From the NCBI GenBank assembly GCA_965217775.1, contig CBDCJH010000002.1:1376001-1440000 (forward strand): a DNA stretch of 64,000 nucleotides, read 5' to 3'. A model generated the notes under the pieces. That model did no database searches and was not told the DNA's origin. It saw only the letters and a list, made by a program, of their open reading frames with translations. This DNA comes from Acidobacteriota bacterium (GTDB lineage Bacteria > Acidobacteriota > UBA6911 > RPQK01 > JAJDTT01). Below, piece by piece: positions 48,944 through 57,738 of this stretch (positions are counted from its first letter, which is position 1; each line of letters opens with the position of its first letter). A program made the position numbers and the translations under genes.

Positions 48944-50939
48944 CCCAGATTATTCATGGGACATGTTGATAAGGGCTTCCAGCCCGGCGTTTTCTGGCGG
49001 TCGGAGCCCAGTTTCTCTCGAACCTCTGTCGATTCGACTGAATCGGCTCAAAAACAGGACGATTGAACCACTCATAAACCGTTTACCGGCCAGGGGGACC
49101 GTCATCCGCCGACAGGTTGACTTTCCGGTGAGAAATTCCCACCGTTTCGGTCCCTTCCACGGGCCCGATGCCTCCTCCGTCCACTATCCCGGCGCCCAGG
49201 ACACCCGCGCCAGACTCTTCCACAACCGCTTCCAGTCCGTCGCCCCTTGACTGATGACGAAAATCAATCGCCTCCCCTGACGCAACGCCCGAGACGCCAC
49301 TCGCAACACCCGCTCGCGAAAACGACGCAGACTCCAGCCCCGACGCGTCGCCTGCTCCATCAGCACCCGACCCAGGTGCAGGATCTCGTACCCCAGCAGA
49401 TTCAGCAGGAACAAGACTTCGTTGTGGGGTCGAACCCCGGCCTCCGTCGTCGCTTCCGGCTTGGTTCCCGGCTTCAGCGGTTTGCCCCGATAGTGCGTCT
49501 TGGGCCGGCTCGCGGAGGACAAGGCCGGATCGAACACGTCCATCAACTCCCCCATGTGCCCTTCCGCCTTCCCCCGCTTGCGATACTTTGCCAGCAACGC
49601 TTCCGCCTCATAACGCTTCCGGCTCAGGCTCGTCAGCAACCAGAAATGATCCGGATACAACTCCCCCGGTCGCTCCCGCACCACCAGCACCACCCGGCGC
49701 GCCCGATCCCAACTCTCCGCCTGGTAGGTCAGATCATGGAACCAGAGCCTCGGCGGTGCTTTCGGGGATCGCCCCGCTGGTTGGGTCAAGTAGGGCTTCG
49801 CCATCCGGTTCAGGACCTCATTCTTGCGGATTCGAGCGATATAGGGCACGCTTCTCGACTCCAGCCCCTGCAGCAGCCCCGGCTCCGGGAACCCCGCATC
49901 CATCCGCACGATCATCGAGCCGCACAGACGCCCCCGACAGCGGTCCACCACCCGGAGCGTCAACTTCAGCGCCTTCTTCCCCAGGTAGCTGGCTCCCGGA
50001 AAAATCTCCCCGTCGATCAGGTCCCCCGTCTCGGCACAACTCGCCACCAACCCGTGGTACATCCGCTGGCGATAGTATCCGTTCCATTCGCTTCCCGGGG
50101 GATGCCCATGGACCTCCACCGGGAGACCGTCCACGTCCAGGTACATCGTCTTTTTCCGTCTCTTCTTCCGTGGGGTCTTTTTCCCCCGTTTTCGCCGCCG
50201 GCCTGCGATCATCTCGATCCGACGGCACGCCAGCTCCGTCACCGCCTGGTGCAGGACCGGAAGGTTCTCCTCCCGGCTGAGTGTGTCCAGCAGTCGGGAC
50301 AAGGTCGGCTGCGACGCCAGCCCCTGGCCCTCCTCCAAGGCCGCCGTGCCCCGACGGGTCTGGCTCGCCACCCGCAAGCTCGGATCGTGACGCAGGCGGT
50401 CGGCGTCGGACTGGTCGCGCCAGCCCTGCCCCAACAGCAGGAGTCGAGTCCGCAGCAGATCCGACAGCGGATAGCGGATCGAACTCGGGTGTCGCGGATC
50501 GTGCAACCGCTCGGTCAACCAGTCGATGAGGCCGCTACGATCCATCATCTCCCGCTGCACCAGGGCTCCCGTGTCCGCACTGAGCAACTCGGGGGGGGTC
50601 TGGAGGCGGAGGGATCGGTTGAATGAGGGCCGGATCTGCGGTATCGTCTCAGGCATGGCGTGCTCCGTTCTTTGTTGTTGTTTCTTAGCACTATAATCAT
50701 ACCACAAATGACGGGCACGCCGCCTCTTTTTGCCGCCCATGGAAGGGGAGAAAACCTTGGAAATGCGAGGGTTTCGGACCCCTCTGAACCCAAAGATTAA
50801 GGCGGAGTCGAAAACCACGATAGCGTTTCACCCACGGCGGCTCTCGACCTTTTTCTGTGGGTATCCCGTAACCCTCTGATCCGACTCGACATGGCGGGAA
50901 CGCTTTCCCATTTTATGTTTGCGTGATGAATAATCTGGG
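48944..50939 (-). mobile_element. IS1380-family insertion sequence
   Basis: 14-bp perfect TIR CCCAGATTATTCAT / ATGAATAATCTGGG, with 5-bp duplication GTAAA at 48939-48943 and 50940-50944. Confidence 0.9.
49184..50656 (-). CDS. IS1380-family transposase
   Basis: LSADTG, DPR, D.D.LR.DP, LASQPTLSR, LDVD....VHG, RMDAGF and Y.KRG.AE. ATG 50656 has SD GGAG. Confidence 0.9.
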   Translation of the reverse strand: MPETIPQIRPSFNRSLRLQTPPELLSADTGALVQREMMDRSGLIDWLTERLHDPRHPSSIRYPLSDLLRTRLLLLGQGWRDQSDADRLRHDPSLRVASQTRRGTAALEEGQGLASQPTLSRLLDTLSREENLPVLHQAVTELACRRIEMIAGRRRKRGKKTPRKKRRKKTMYLDVDGLPVEVHGHPPGSEWNGYYRQRMYHGLVASCAETGDLIDGEIFPGASYLGKKALKLTLRVVDRCRGRLCGSMIVRMDAGFPEPGLLQGLESRSVPYIARIRKNEVLNRMAKPYLTQPAGRSPKAPPRLWFHDLTYQAESWDRARRVVLVVRERPGELYPDHFWLLTSLSRKRYEAEALLAKYRKRGKAEGHMGELMDVFDPALSSASRPKTHYRGKPLKPGTKPEATTEAGVRPHNEVLFLLNLLGYEILHLGRVLMEQATRRGWSLRRFRERVLRVASRALRQGRRLIFVISQGATDWKRLWKSLARVSWAPG

Positions 50940-50988
50940 GTAAAGGATGTCCTGATACAACTTGTAAAGGATGTCTTGATACCAAACA

Positions 50989-51058
50989 CCTCGTGGTCGC
51001 CCTCCCCGGGGCCGATCGGTGAGGGCCGACGGCAGGCACCCACAAGGGGTGCCCCTAC
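50989..51058. repeat. Remainder of the REP doublet (right half of first REP plus inverted second REP)
   Basis: CCTCGTGGTCGCCC...GGCACCCACAAGGGGTGCCCCTAC. Confidence 0.8.
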
Positions 51059-51196
51059 GTCGCGATCATCGTTCACACCTGCTTCCGCTGTTCTCCCGAA
51101 CCCCCGGAAAAATGAGGATGGTCCCGCAGTGGGAGGTTTGTTTTATCAGGGGTGGTAGGTTAGACTTTGCGGCGTCGAATTGAAGGGAAATCCCAA

Positions 51197-52171
51197 ATGT
51201 CCCAGCTCCATCGGCGAGCGTTTTTCAAGTCCATTCCAGTAGCAGCAGCGACGCTGATGCCCACGGTTTCGGCATTGGGCTCCGGACACAAACCGAAACT
51301 GGGAATCGGACTGGGCTGGAGTCTCTACAACAACCGTACACTCCGGACGCCGGACGCGATGCGCATGGCCAGTGAGGTGGGTTACGACGATGTGGAACCG
51401 GCTATTTATCCCGGTTGGCAGGACGATCCCAAGATCCTCACCCGGTCCGCGCGGCGGGAGTTGGCCAGTCTATTCGGCGAGTTGGGATTGGGCCTGAGCG
51501 GCTTGGACGAGGACCTGAGATTGCTGGTGGGTCCGGAGGCCCACCGGGAGAACCTGGAGCGGATCAAACGAGCAGCGCAGCTCTGGCGTGACATCTATCC
51601 GTTCAACGTCAGGACTCCAGCCCGGCGGCACCGCCGTCCCGTTCTGGTCCTGACCTTGGGAGGGAAGACCGCCGAGTGGGATCAGGCAAAGAAAGCCATG
51701 GCGGAGCGGCTCCGGGAATGGGCGGAAGTAGGACGTTCCCATGAGATCCTGTTGGCCATCAAACCGCACGTGGGAAGCGCCCTGCACAGTCCCGAGGGAG
51801 CGCTCTGGTTGATGCAACAGGCCGACAGTCCCTGGGTGCGGGTGACGTACGACTACAGCCACTTCCGGGCCCTGAATTTCGACATGGTGGACTCGATTCG
51901 GCTTCTCGGCTCTCATGCGGTCTTCGCACACGCCAAAGATGCGACGATCACTGAGGATGGAAAGACACGGTTCTTGATGCCGGGTGATGGAGATACCGAT
52001 TACGTGACCTACCTCAAGGAACTTCAGGCCCAGGGTTATCGGGGATCCATCGTCCTTGAGGTCAGTGGTCAGATTCACAGGAAACCGGGTTATGATCCGG
52101 TTGCCGCAGCTACACATTGCTATCAGAAGATGTCCCGGGCTTTTGAGGAGGCCGGGGTTCCCAGGAGCTGA
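51197..52171 (+). CDS. Sugar-phosphate isomerase/epimerase (AP endonuclease 2 TIM barrel) with Tat-like signal
   Basis: HRRAFFK leader, GYD.VE, D.SH, H.KD, PG.G..DY and GY.G.I.LE. Confidence 0.8.
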   Translation: MSQLHRRAFFKSIPVAAATLMPTVSALGSGHKPKLGIGLGWSLYNNRTLRTPDAMRMASEVGYDDVEPAIYPGWQDDPKILTRSARRELASLFGELGLGLSGLDEDLRLLVGPEAHRENLERIKRAAQLWRDIYPFNVRTPARRHRRPVLVLTLGGKTAEWDQAKKAMAERLREWAEVGRSHEILLAIKPHVGSALHSPEGALWLMQQADSPWVRVTYDYSHFRALNFDMVDSIRLLGSHAVFAHAKDATITEDGKTRFLMPGDGDTDYVTYLKELQAQGYRGSIVLEVSGQIHRKPGYDPVAAATHCYQKMSRAFEEAGVPRS

Positions 52172-52240
52172 ACTCTCCGGATGCTGGCCCAAGGGAGCAA
52201 CACTCGCCTGGAGTTTTCCAAAACGTAAGGAGATCAGGAA

Positions 52241-53560
52241 ATGACCAAGGAATTGAATCGTCGCAGCTTCATGGGAGCCACCGCCGGCGCGGGCGCGGTG
52301 ATGACCGGCCTGTCGGGGTCCCTTCTGGCCAAGCGCCGCAGCCTCAACGACACCCTCCAGGTGGCGGTGCTGGGTCCGGGCGGCCGGGGCATGTTCCTGC
52401 TGAGGAAGTGCCTGGAACACGCCGATGCCTACAACGCACGGATCACCGCGGTGTGCGAAATCTGGAAGCGGAACCAGAAAATCGCCACCAATCACCTCCG
52501 TGAGCACTACGGCAGCGAGCCCAAGCTCTACCACCACATCGACGACCTTCTGGCCGATGACGGGATCGACGCCGTCATCATCGCCACCGCCGACCACCAG
52601 CACGGCAAGATGTTGAAGATGGTCGTGGAAGCGGGCAAGGATGCCTATTGCGAAAAGCCCATGGCCAACGTTCTTTCCGAGGCGAACGACGCCTTGGCTG
52701 CCTGCAAGAAGGCCGGCACCGTGGTTCAGATCGGCACCCAGGGCAGAAGCCATCCCAAGTGCATCGCCGCTCGCCGGATCATGAAGCACAATCTCATCGG
52801 AGATATCGTCCGAGTCACGCTGGTCGAGAACGAGTACAGTCCTCACCGGTGGCGCCGCTCGCCGGAGGCACTGGCCGAGTGCCGGGAAGAAGATCTGAAC
52901 TGGAAGGAGTTTTTGCTGGGTAAGCCGTATCGGCCTTTCGATCCCAGAATCTACCGTTCATTCCGGCTGTTCAAGGACTTCTCAAGCGGAATCTACGACC
53001 AGTGGATGAGCCACGACATCGACACTCTGCACTATCTCACCGGGGAACCTTACCCCATGAGCGCTCGCGCCGAAGGTGGAATCTACCGCTACAAGGACTA
53101 CCGGGAGAATCCGGACACCACGGAGGCCATTTTCGAATACGGGACGGGCGACAAGAAATTCCTGGCCAGCTACGGCTGCTGCCTGATCAACGGCGCCGGA
53201 ACCGGCTATACCTTCCAGGGAACCAAGGGAACCCTCTCGTTCGAGAAGTCGCCGCTCTTCAACGAAGTGCCCTGGCGGGTTTCCGGAGACGGCATTCGCG
53301 GCGATCAGGCCCTGAAGCCAGGCGCCAAGCAGATGCAGGGTGAATACATCGCCGGCGAGCCGGGGGCGATGCCCAATCATCGCTTCCCTCACATGGCCAA
53401 CTGGCTCGACTGCGTCCGGCGGCGCGATGTAGACGGAATTTCCTGTCCGGTCGAAGCGGGTTACGGACATTCCATCGCCTGCATCATGGCTGTGGACTCC
53501 TTGTGGAGCGGTCGAAAGATGATCTTCGACCCCGACAAGCGGACCATCACGCCTGCGTAA
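52241..53560 (+). CDS. Tat-exported Gfo/Idh/MocA oxidoreductase
   Basis: NRRSFMG leader, G.GGRG, IAT.DH.H, YCEKP, QIGTQ.RS and H..D. Confidence 0.88.
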   Translation: MTKELNRRSFMGATAGAGAVMTGLSGSLLAKRRSLNDTLQVAVLGPGGRGMFLLRKCLEHADAYNARITAVCEIWKRNQKIATNHLREHYGSEPKLYHHIDDLLADDGIDAVIIATADHQHGKMLKMVVEAGKDAYCEKPMANVLSEANDALAACKKAGTVVQIGTQGRSHPKCIAARRIMKHNLIGDIVRVTLVENEYSPHRWRRSPEALAECREEDLNWKEFLLGKPYRPFDPRIYRSFRLFKDFSSGIYDQWMSHDIDTLHYLTGEPYPMSARAEGGIYRYKDYRENPDTTEAIFEYGTGDKKFLASYGCCLINGAGTGYTFQGTKGTLSFEKSPLFNEVPWRVSGDGIRGDQALKPGAKQMQGEYIAGEPGAMPNHRFPHMANWLDCVRRRDVDGISCPVEAGYGHSIACIMAVDSLWSGRKMIFDPDKRTITPA

Positions 53561-53595
53561 ACGGGTGTCGTGACGAGAGAGTAGGAGGACCGGCC

Positions 53596-54882
53596 ATGGC
53601 ACAAACCGAAATGACCACTGCCGCCGCCGCGAGTATCTCGGGTGCGGATACTGCGTGGCTGCTGGTTTCTTGTGCCCTGGTTCTCCTCATGACCCCGGGG
53701 CTGGCCTTTTTTTACGGCGGCTTGGTCAGGTCCAAGAACATCCTCAACACCATGATGATGAGCTTCGCCTCCCTGGGCGTGACCGCATTGGTCTGGGTCC
53801 TGGCCGCTTACAGTCTGGCCTTCGCTCCGGGAAGCGACGCCATGCAACCCTGGGTGGGCGGCTTGGGACATCTCTTTCTGCAGGGCGTGAACCTGGAAGC
53901 CAACGGCAGCATTCCCCACCTCCTTTTCGCGGCGTATCAGGGAGCCTTTGCCATTATTACGGCGGCGCTTATCTCCGGAGCCGTGGTGGAGCGAATCCGC
54001 TTCGGGCCTTACCTGGTCTTCATCTGTGGCTGGGTACTGCTCGTTTATGCGCCCGTCTGCCACTGGGTCTGGGGTGGAGGATGGCTGGGTGAACTCGGCG
54101 CCCTGGATTTTGCAGGCGGAACAGTGGTCCACGTGACGGCGGGAACGGCAGCAGTCGTGGCCGCCTGGCAGGTGGGACCCCGGAGCGATTTCGGGCGCCA
54201 GGCGATCATTCCCCACAATGTGCCTTTCGTCTTGTTGGGCGCCGGGCTGCTCTGGTTCGGCTGGTTCGGATTCAACGGCGGCAGCGCCCTGGCGGCCGAC
54301 GGTTCCGCGACTCTGGCCTTCGTCAATACCTTGCTGGCCCCGGCGACCGCGTTGACCGTTTGGATGATTCTGGATGCCGTCCGGGACCGGATGGCGACGG
54401 CAGTGGGAGCCGCCACCGGCATCGTCGTCGGACTCGTCGCCGTGACACCCGCGGCGGGTTTCGTGAGCCCCCTGGGAGCCGTGGCCATCGGCGCCATCGC
54501 CACCTTTCCCTGCTACTATGCGATCCTCTTTCGATCCCGGTCCGGTCTGGATGATTCGCTGGACGTGGCGGCGGCCCACGGAATGGGCGGATTGAGCGGC
54601 GCCATCCTGACGGGTGTCTTCGCGCATGCGGTCTGGGGTGGAGCCGATGGTCTGCTGTACGGAAACCCGATGCAGGTCGTCATCCAGGCTGTGGGCGTGC
54701 TCGCCACGATCGTCTATTGCGGCGTCGTCACCTGGGTGCTGCTGAAGGTCATCTCGCTGTTCGGGACCCTGAGGCCGCTTCAGAATGAAGAAAGGACCGG
54801 ACTGGACATTCTGGAGCATGGTGAAGACGCGTATGGCCGGGGCGAAGGCGCGACCATGATTCCCCCTGGTTCTACAGTCTGA
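53596..54882 (+). CDS. amtB: Ammonium transporter (Amt family)
   Basis: LMTPGLAFFYGGLVR.KN, DFAGGTVVH, LLWFGWFGFN, DDSLDV...HG and GLD..EHGE.AY. Confidence 0.93.
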   Translation: MAQTEMTTAAAASISGADTAWLLVSCALVLLMTPGLAFFYGGLVRSKNILNTMMMSFASLGVTALVWVLAAYSLAFAPGSDAMQPWVGGLGHLFLQGVNLEANGSIPHLLFAAYQGAFAIITAALISGAVVERIRFGPYLVFICGWVLLVYAPVCHWVWGGGWLGELGALDFAGGTVVHVTAGTAAVVAAWQVGPRSDFGRQAIIPHNVPFVLLGAGLLWFGWFGFNGGSALAADGSATLAFVNTLLAPATALTVWMILDAVRDRMATAVGAATGIVVGLVAVTPAAGFVSPLGAVAIGAIATFPCYYAILFRSRSGLDDSLDVAAAHGMGGLSGAILTGVFAHAVWGGADGLLYGNPMQVVIQAVGVLATIVYCGVVTWVLLKVISLFGTLRPLQNEERTGLDILEHGEDAYGRGEGATMIPPGSTV

Positions 54883-55034
54883 ACGCCTCACGACTCCGTT
54901 CGCTCCCGTCCGGAAGGTTGAATCCGGTGGAGCGGGCCGTGAGTTTCATCCAGCAGGCCGTCCGCGTTGCCGTCCAAACTGTTGGAGCCGAAATTCATCG
55001 ATTTCCGGCGGTCCCCTTGCCGTAGAATCGATCG

Positions 55035-56027
55035 ATGATCGGACCCTACACCCACCAGATCGATCCGATTCTCTTTGACGTGGCCGGAGTGCACCTCTGG
55101 TGGTACGGGCTCGGCTTCGCTCTCGGGTTCTTGCATCTCCACCTCTCGATCCGGCGGGCCGGGCGAGGCCTGGAGTTGTCCGGCCGGGAGGTCTGGAGCC
55201 TGAGTCTGTTCATCGTCATCGGGGTTCTGGCCGGAGGCCGCACCGTCGAGATCGCTTTCGATGAATGGCCCTTCTACAGCCGGCACCCAGGGCTGATCCC
55301 GGCATTCTGGCTCGGGGGCATGGCCACCCACGGCGTCATGTTGGGTGCCGGACTCGGCCTGGTGCTCTTTGCGCGCCTGTACCGGAAACCTCTCCTGCCG
55401 CTCGCCGACATGCTGGTTATTCCGGCGGCGTTTCTCATGGGCACCGCACGGATCGGGAACTTCATCGACGGCCAGATCGTCGGCACCGTCACCGATGCCT
55501 GGTGGGGGGTGAAGTTCCCCGACGCGGACGGTTTTCGCCATCCGGTCGTGCTCTATGACGGAGCCAAGAATCTGCTGTTGATGGGGTATCTGCTCTGGGT
55601 CAGGCGGTCCAACCAGACCCCCGGCGCCGTGGCGGCGCGCTTCGTCTTCTGGTACGCGCTACCTCGGTTCGTCATCGATATTTTCCGAGACTATCCGACC
55701 CACCGTCTTCCCATCGGGACGGGTCAGACCTTGAACATCCTGATGACCCTGCTGGGGGGGATCCTGCTCTATCGATCTCGTCTGCGGCGGCAGGGACGTC
55801 TCCGGAGTGATCCAACTCCTGCTCCGCAGCCGGTTCGGGCCAAGTCTGCCTTGGTCTCCCAGCGGATCGTCTTCGCCTGTTTGTTGCTGTTCTGCCTGAC
55901 CATCCCCAGCAACTGGACCCAGGATGTGCCTGTCCGTTACGGCCAACGGCACCCGGGGCTGACCCACTCCTGGTTGTATCCCGGAATCGATACCGCTCCA
56001 CCTCCGGAACCGGTGCGGCCGGAGTGA
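55035..56027 (+). CDS. lgt: Prolipoprotein diacylglyceryl transferase-like protein (divergent, C-terminally extended)
   Basis: IDP, WYG, GGR, W.GGMA.HG, RIGNFI.G, RHP..LY and RF.ID.FR. Confidence 0.8.
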   Translation: MIGPYTHQIDPILFDVAGVHLWWYGLGFALGFLHLHLSIRRAGRGLELSGREVWSLSLFIVIGVLAGGRTVEIAFDEWPFYSRHPGLIPAFWLGGMATHGVMLGAGLGLVLFARLYRKPLLPLADMLVIPAAFLMGTARIGNFIDGQIVGTVTDAWWGVKFPDADGFRHPVVLYDGAKNLLLMGYLLWVRRSNQTPGAVAARFVFWYALPRFVIDIFRDYPTHRLPIGTGQTLNILMTLLGGILLYRSRLRRQGRLRSDPTPAPQPVRAKSALVSQRIVFACLLLFCLTIPSNWTQDVPVRYGQRHPGLTHSWLYPGIDTAPPPEPVRPE

Positions 56028-56081
56028 CGGCGAGTGACCCGTTCAAACTGAGAAAACCGTCCGGATCACTACACTCCCTAG

Positions 56082-56239
56082 GAGTCTGCGCCGTAGGAAT
56101 GATCGTAGCGAGAAAGTGGGGAATCGAGGCCAGATTTTCTCGATTTGGAGGTGCATAGTCGTTCTATTCGCCGAGAAATCGAGGAAATATGGACCGATTC
56201 ACCGCTTTCGCAGTAGATCAATTTCTGCGGCGCAGGCTC
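56082..56239. mobile_element. MITE family B, full length (158 bp), CTAG duplication
   Basis: TIRs GAGTCTGCGCCGTAGGAATGATC / GATCAATTTCTGCGGCGCAGGCTC, with CTAG on both sides. Confidence 0.85.
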
Positions 56240-56256
56240 CTAGTCTGGATCATCCT

Positions 56257-56931
56257 ATGAAGCTGCTGCTCACAACCGCCAGGAATCGGCTTGCCCAGCA
56301 TCTGGCTCAAGCTCTTGCAACACGGCACCGAGTCGTTCTCACCGACACTCTGCCGGTCCGGAACCGGCATCGGTTCGTTTCGTGCGGCTTGAGTCACGAC
56401 GCCGAGATACGTTCGTTGGTCGAGGGAATGGACGCCATCATCTGGTCGGGCTGGACGGATCCCTCCGAGGACGTCTCGGTGCGAGTCGACCGGCAGACGC
56501 GCTGTCTGTACAACCTGCTCCGGGTGGCTGGGGAGGCCGGCGTTCCCCGTGTGGTCCAATTGAGTTCCCTCTCCGTCATGGATCAGTATTCCGCCGATCT
56601 GCGGGTCACCGAGAGATGGTCGCCCTGGCCGGCCACGGAACCGCCGACTCTTACCTATCGCCTGGGAGAGATCCTTTGCCGCGAGTTCGCCCGGGAGGAA
56701 AGACTCCAGGTCGTCTGTCTCAGGCTGGGTTCGATCCTGTGGAGCCCGGAGCATTCCTGCATCGATGGTGTCACCGTCCAAGACGCTGTCGCGGCAGTAG
56801 AACGATCACTCACGGCAGATTTGCCTCCGTATTCAGTGTTCCACATCCAGTCCAACGTACCCGGACAGCGATACGGCACCGAACGGGCGCAACGGCTTCT
56901 GGGATTCGAGTCAGCGTGGAGTAAGGCGTGA
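56257..56931 (+). CDS. NAD-dependent epimerase/dehydratase-fold protein with degenerate motifs
   Basis: Aligns by eye with the next gene (L.LTD, GMD.II, YN.L.AA..G..R) but lacks GxxGxxG and YxxxK. Confidence 0.7.
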   Translation: MKLLLTTARNRLAQHLAQALATRHRVVLTDTLPVRNRHRFVSCGLSHDAEIRSLVEGMDAIIWSGWTDPSEDVSVRVDRQTRCLYNLLRVAGEAGVPRVVQLSSLSVMDQYSADLRVTERWSPWPATEPPTLTYRLGEILCREFAREERLQVVCLRLGSILWSPEHSCIDGVTVQDAVAAVERSLTADLPPYSVFHIQSNVPGQRYGTERAQRLLGFESAWSKA

Positions 56932-57656
56932 AGGTCCTGATTCTGGGTGCCGCCGGATTCCTGGGTCCCCATGTGGTCCGGGCGTTGGAGGGTCGGCACG
57001 AGCTGAGGCTGACCGACATCAAGGAGTCCGGTGACGGGTGCCACGAATACCGGCACGTCGACGTCTCCGATTTGGAACAGGTGTTGGACGCAGCACAGGG
57101 AATGGACACCATCATCAACCTGTCCGTATTGCGGCATGACCGGCGCCTCGCCTTCGACGTCAACACCCGCGGCGCATACAATGCGTTGGTGGCGGCCTGC
57201 AGGCATGGGATCCAAAGGTTCATCCAGACGGGTCCTTTCTATGCGGTCACGGGACCTGCGACATGTGAACCCTATGACTTCGCCATGCATCCCGACGTCA
57301 CGCCCCGGCCGGGAACCCATCTGTATGCCCTGACCAAGGGACTGGCCGAGGAGATCTGCCGGATCTTCACTCGCAATCACGATCTCTATGTCAGCTCCTT
57401 CCTCTTCTACCACTTCCGGGACACGCGGCCGCGCCCCGACGACGAGCCTACGTTCGTGCCGTTCACCGTAACTTGGAAGGATGCAGCGGCCCTGTTTCCC
57501 CTGGCCTTGGACATTCCGTTGGAGCGATTGCCGTCGCGCTACGAGGCCTACTTCGTCTCCGCCGATTTTCCCCACGGTCAGTTCTCCAATGAAAAGGTCA
57601 AACGAGTCTTTGGCTGGCGGCCGACTTATGGTTTCGAAAGCTTTTGGAAACGGTGA
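56928..57656 (+). CDS. NAD-dependent epimerase/dehydrogenase (uronate dehydrogenase-like extended SDR)
   Basis: GAAGFLG, VN..GAYN, YALTK and K...GWRP. Confidence 0.82.
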   Translation: MKVLILGAAGFLGPHVVRALEGRHELRLTDIKESGDGCHEYRHVDVSDLEQVLDAAQGMDTIINLSVLRHDRRLAFDVNTRGAYNALVAACRHGIQRFIQTGPFYAVTGPATCEPYDFAMHPDVTPRPGTHLYALTKGLAEEICRIFTRNHDLYVSSFLFYHFRDTRPRPDDEPTFVPFTVTWKDAAALFPLALDIPLERLPSRYEAYFVSADFPHGQFSNEKVKRVFGWRPTYGFESFWKR

Positions 57657-57738
57657 CGTCCCCGTAGGATGGATGCCGAGAGGGAGCATTGATGAAGCAT
57701 CAAGATAGCCGGGCAGCTTGCGGACGGAGGATGTCTCC

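Larger units (their letters stand above)
45766..50988 (+). mobile_element. IS481-family element enlarged to 5.2 kb by nested insertions
   Basis: TIRs TGTACGGTATCAGGACATCGTTTACA / TGTAAAGGATGTCTTGATACCAAACA, each with a second inner repeat. Direct repeat CCTCGTG at 45759-45765 and 50989-50995. Confidence 0.88.

Noticed and set aside
47012-48957. Numerous overlapping 100-380 aa ORFs in the IS interior as novel genes
   Set aside because: They are low-complexity Arg/Gly/Pro shadow ORFs of GC-rich DNA. Only short istB-like patches are recognisable.
49247-50626. 459-aa plus-strand ORF
   Set aside because: It is the antisense shadow of the IS1380 transposase.
45616-51058. tRNA-anchored integrative island
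   Set aside because: The elements lie 5' of the tRNA, there is no integrase and no duplicated tRNA 3' end, and the boundaries are explained by IS ends.
53561-53595. Sigma-54 promoter before amt
   Set aside because: No TGGCAC-N5-TTGC match was found by eye.
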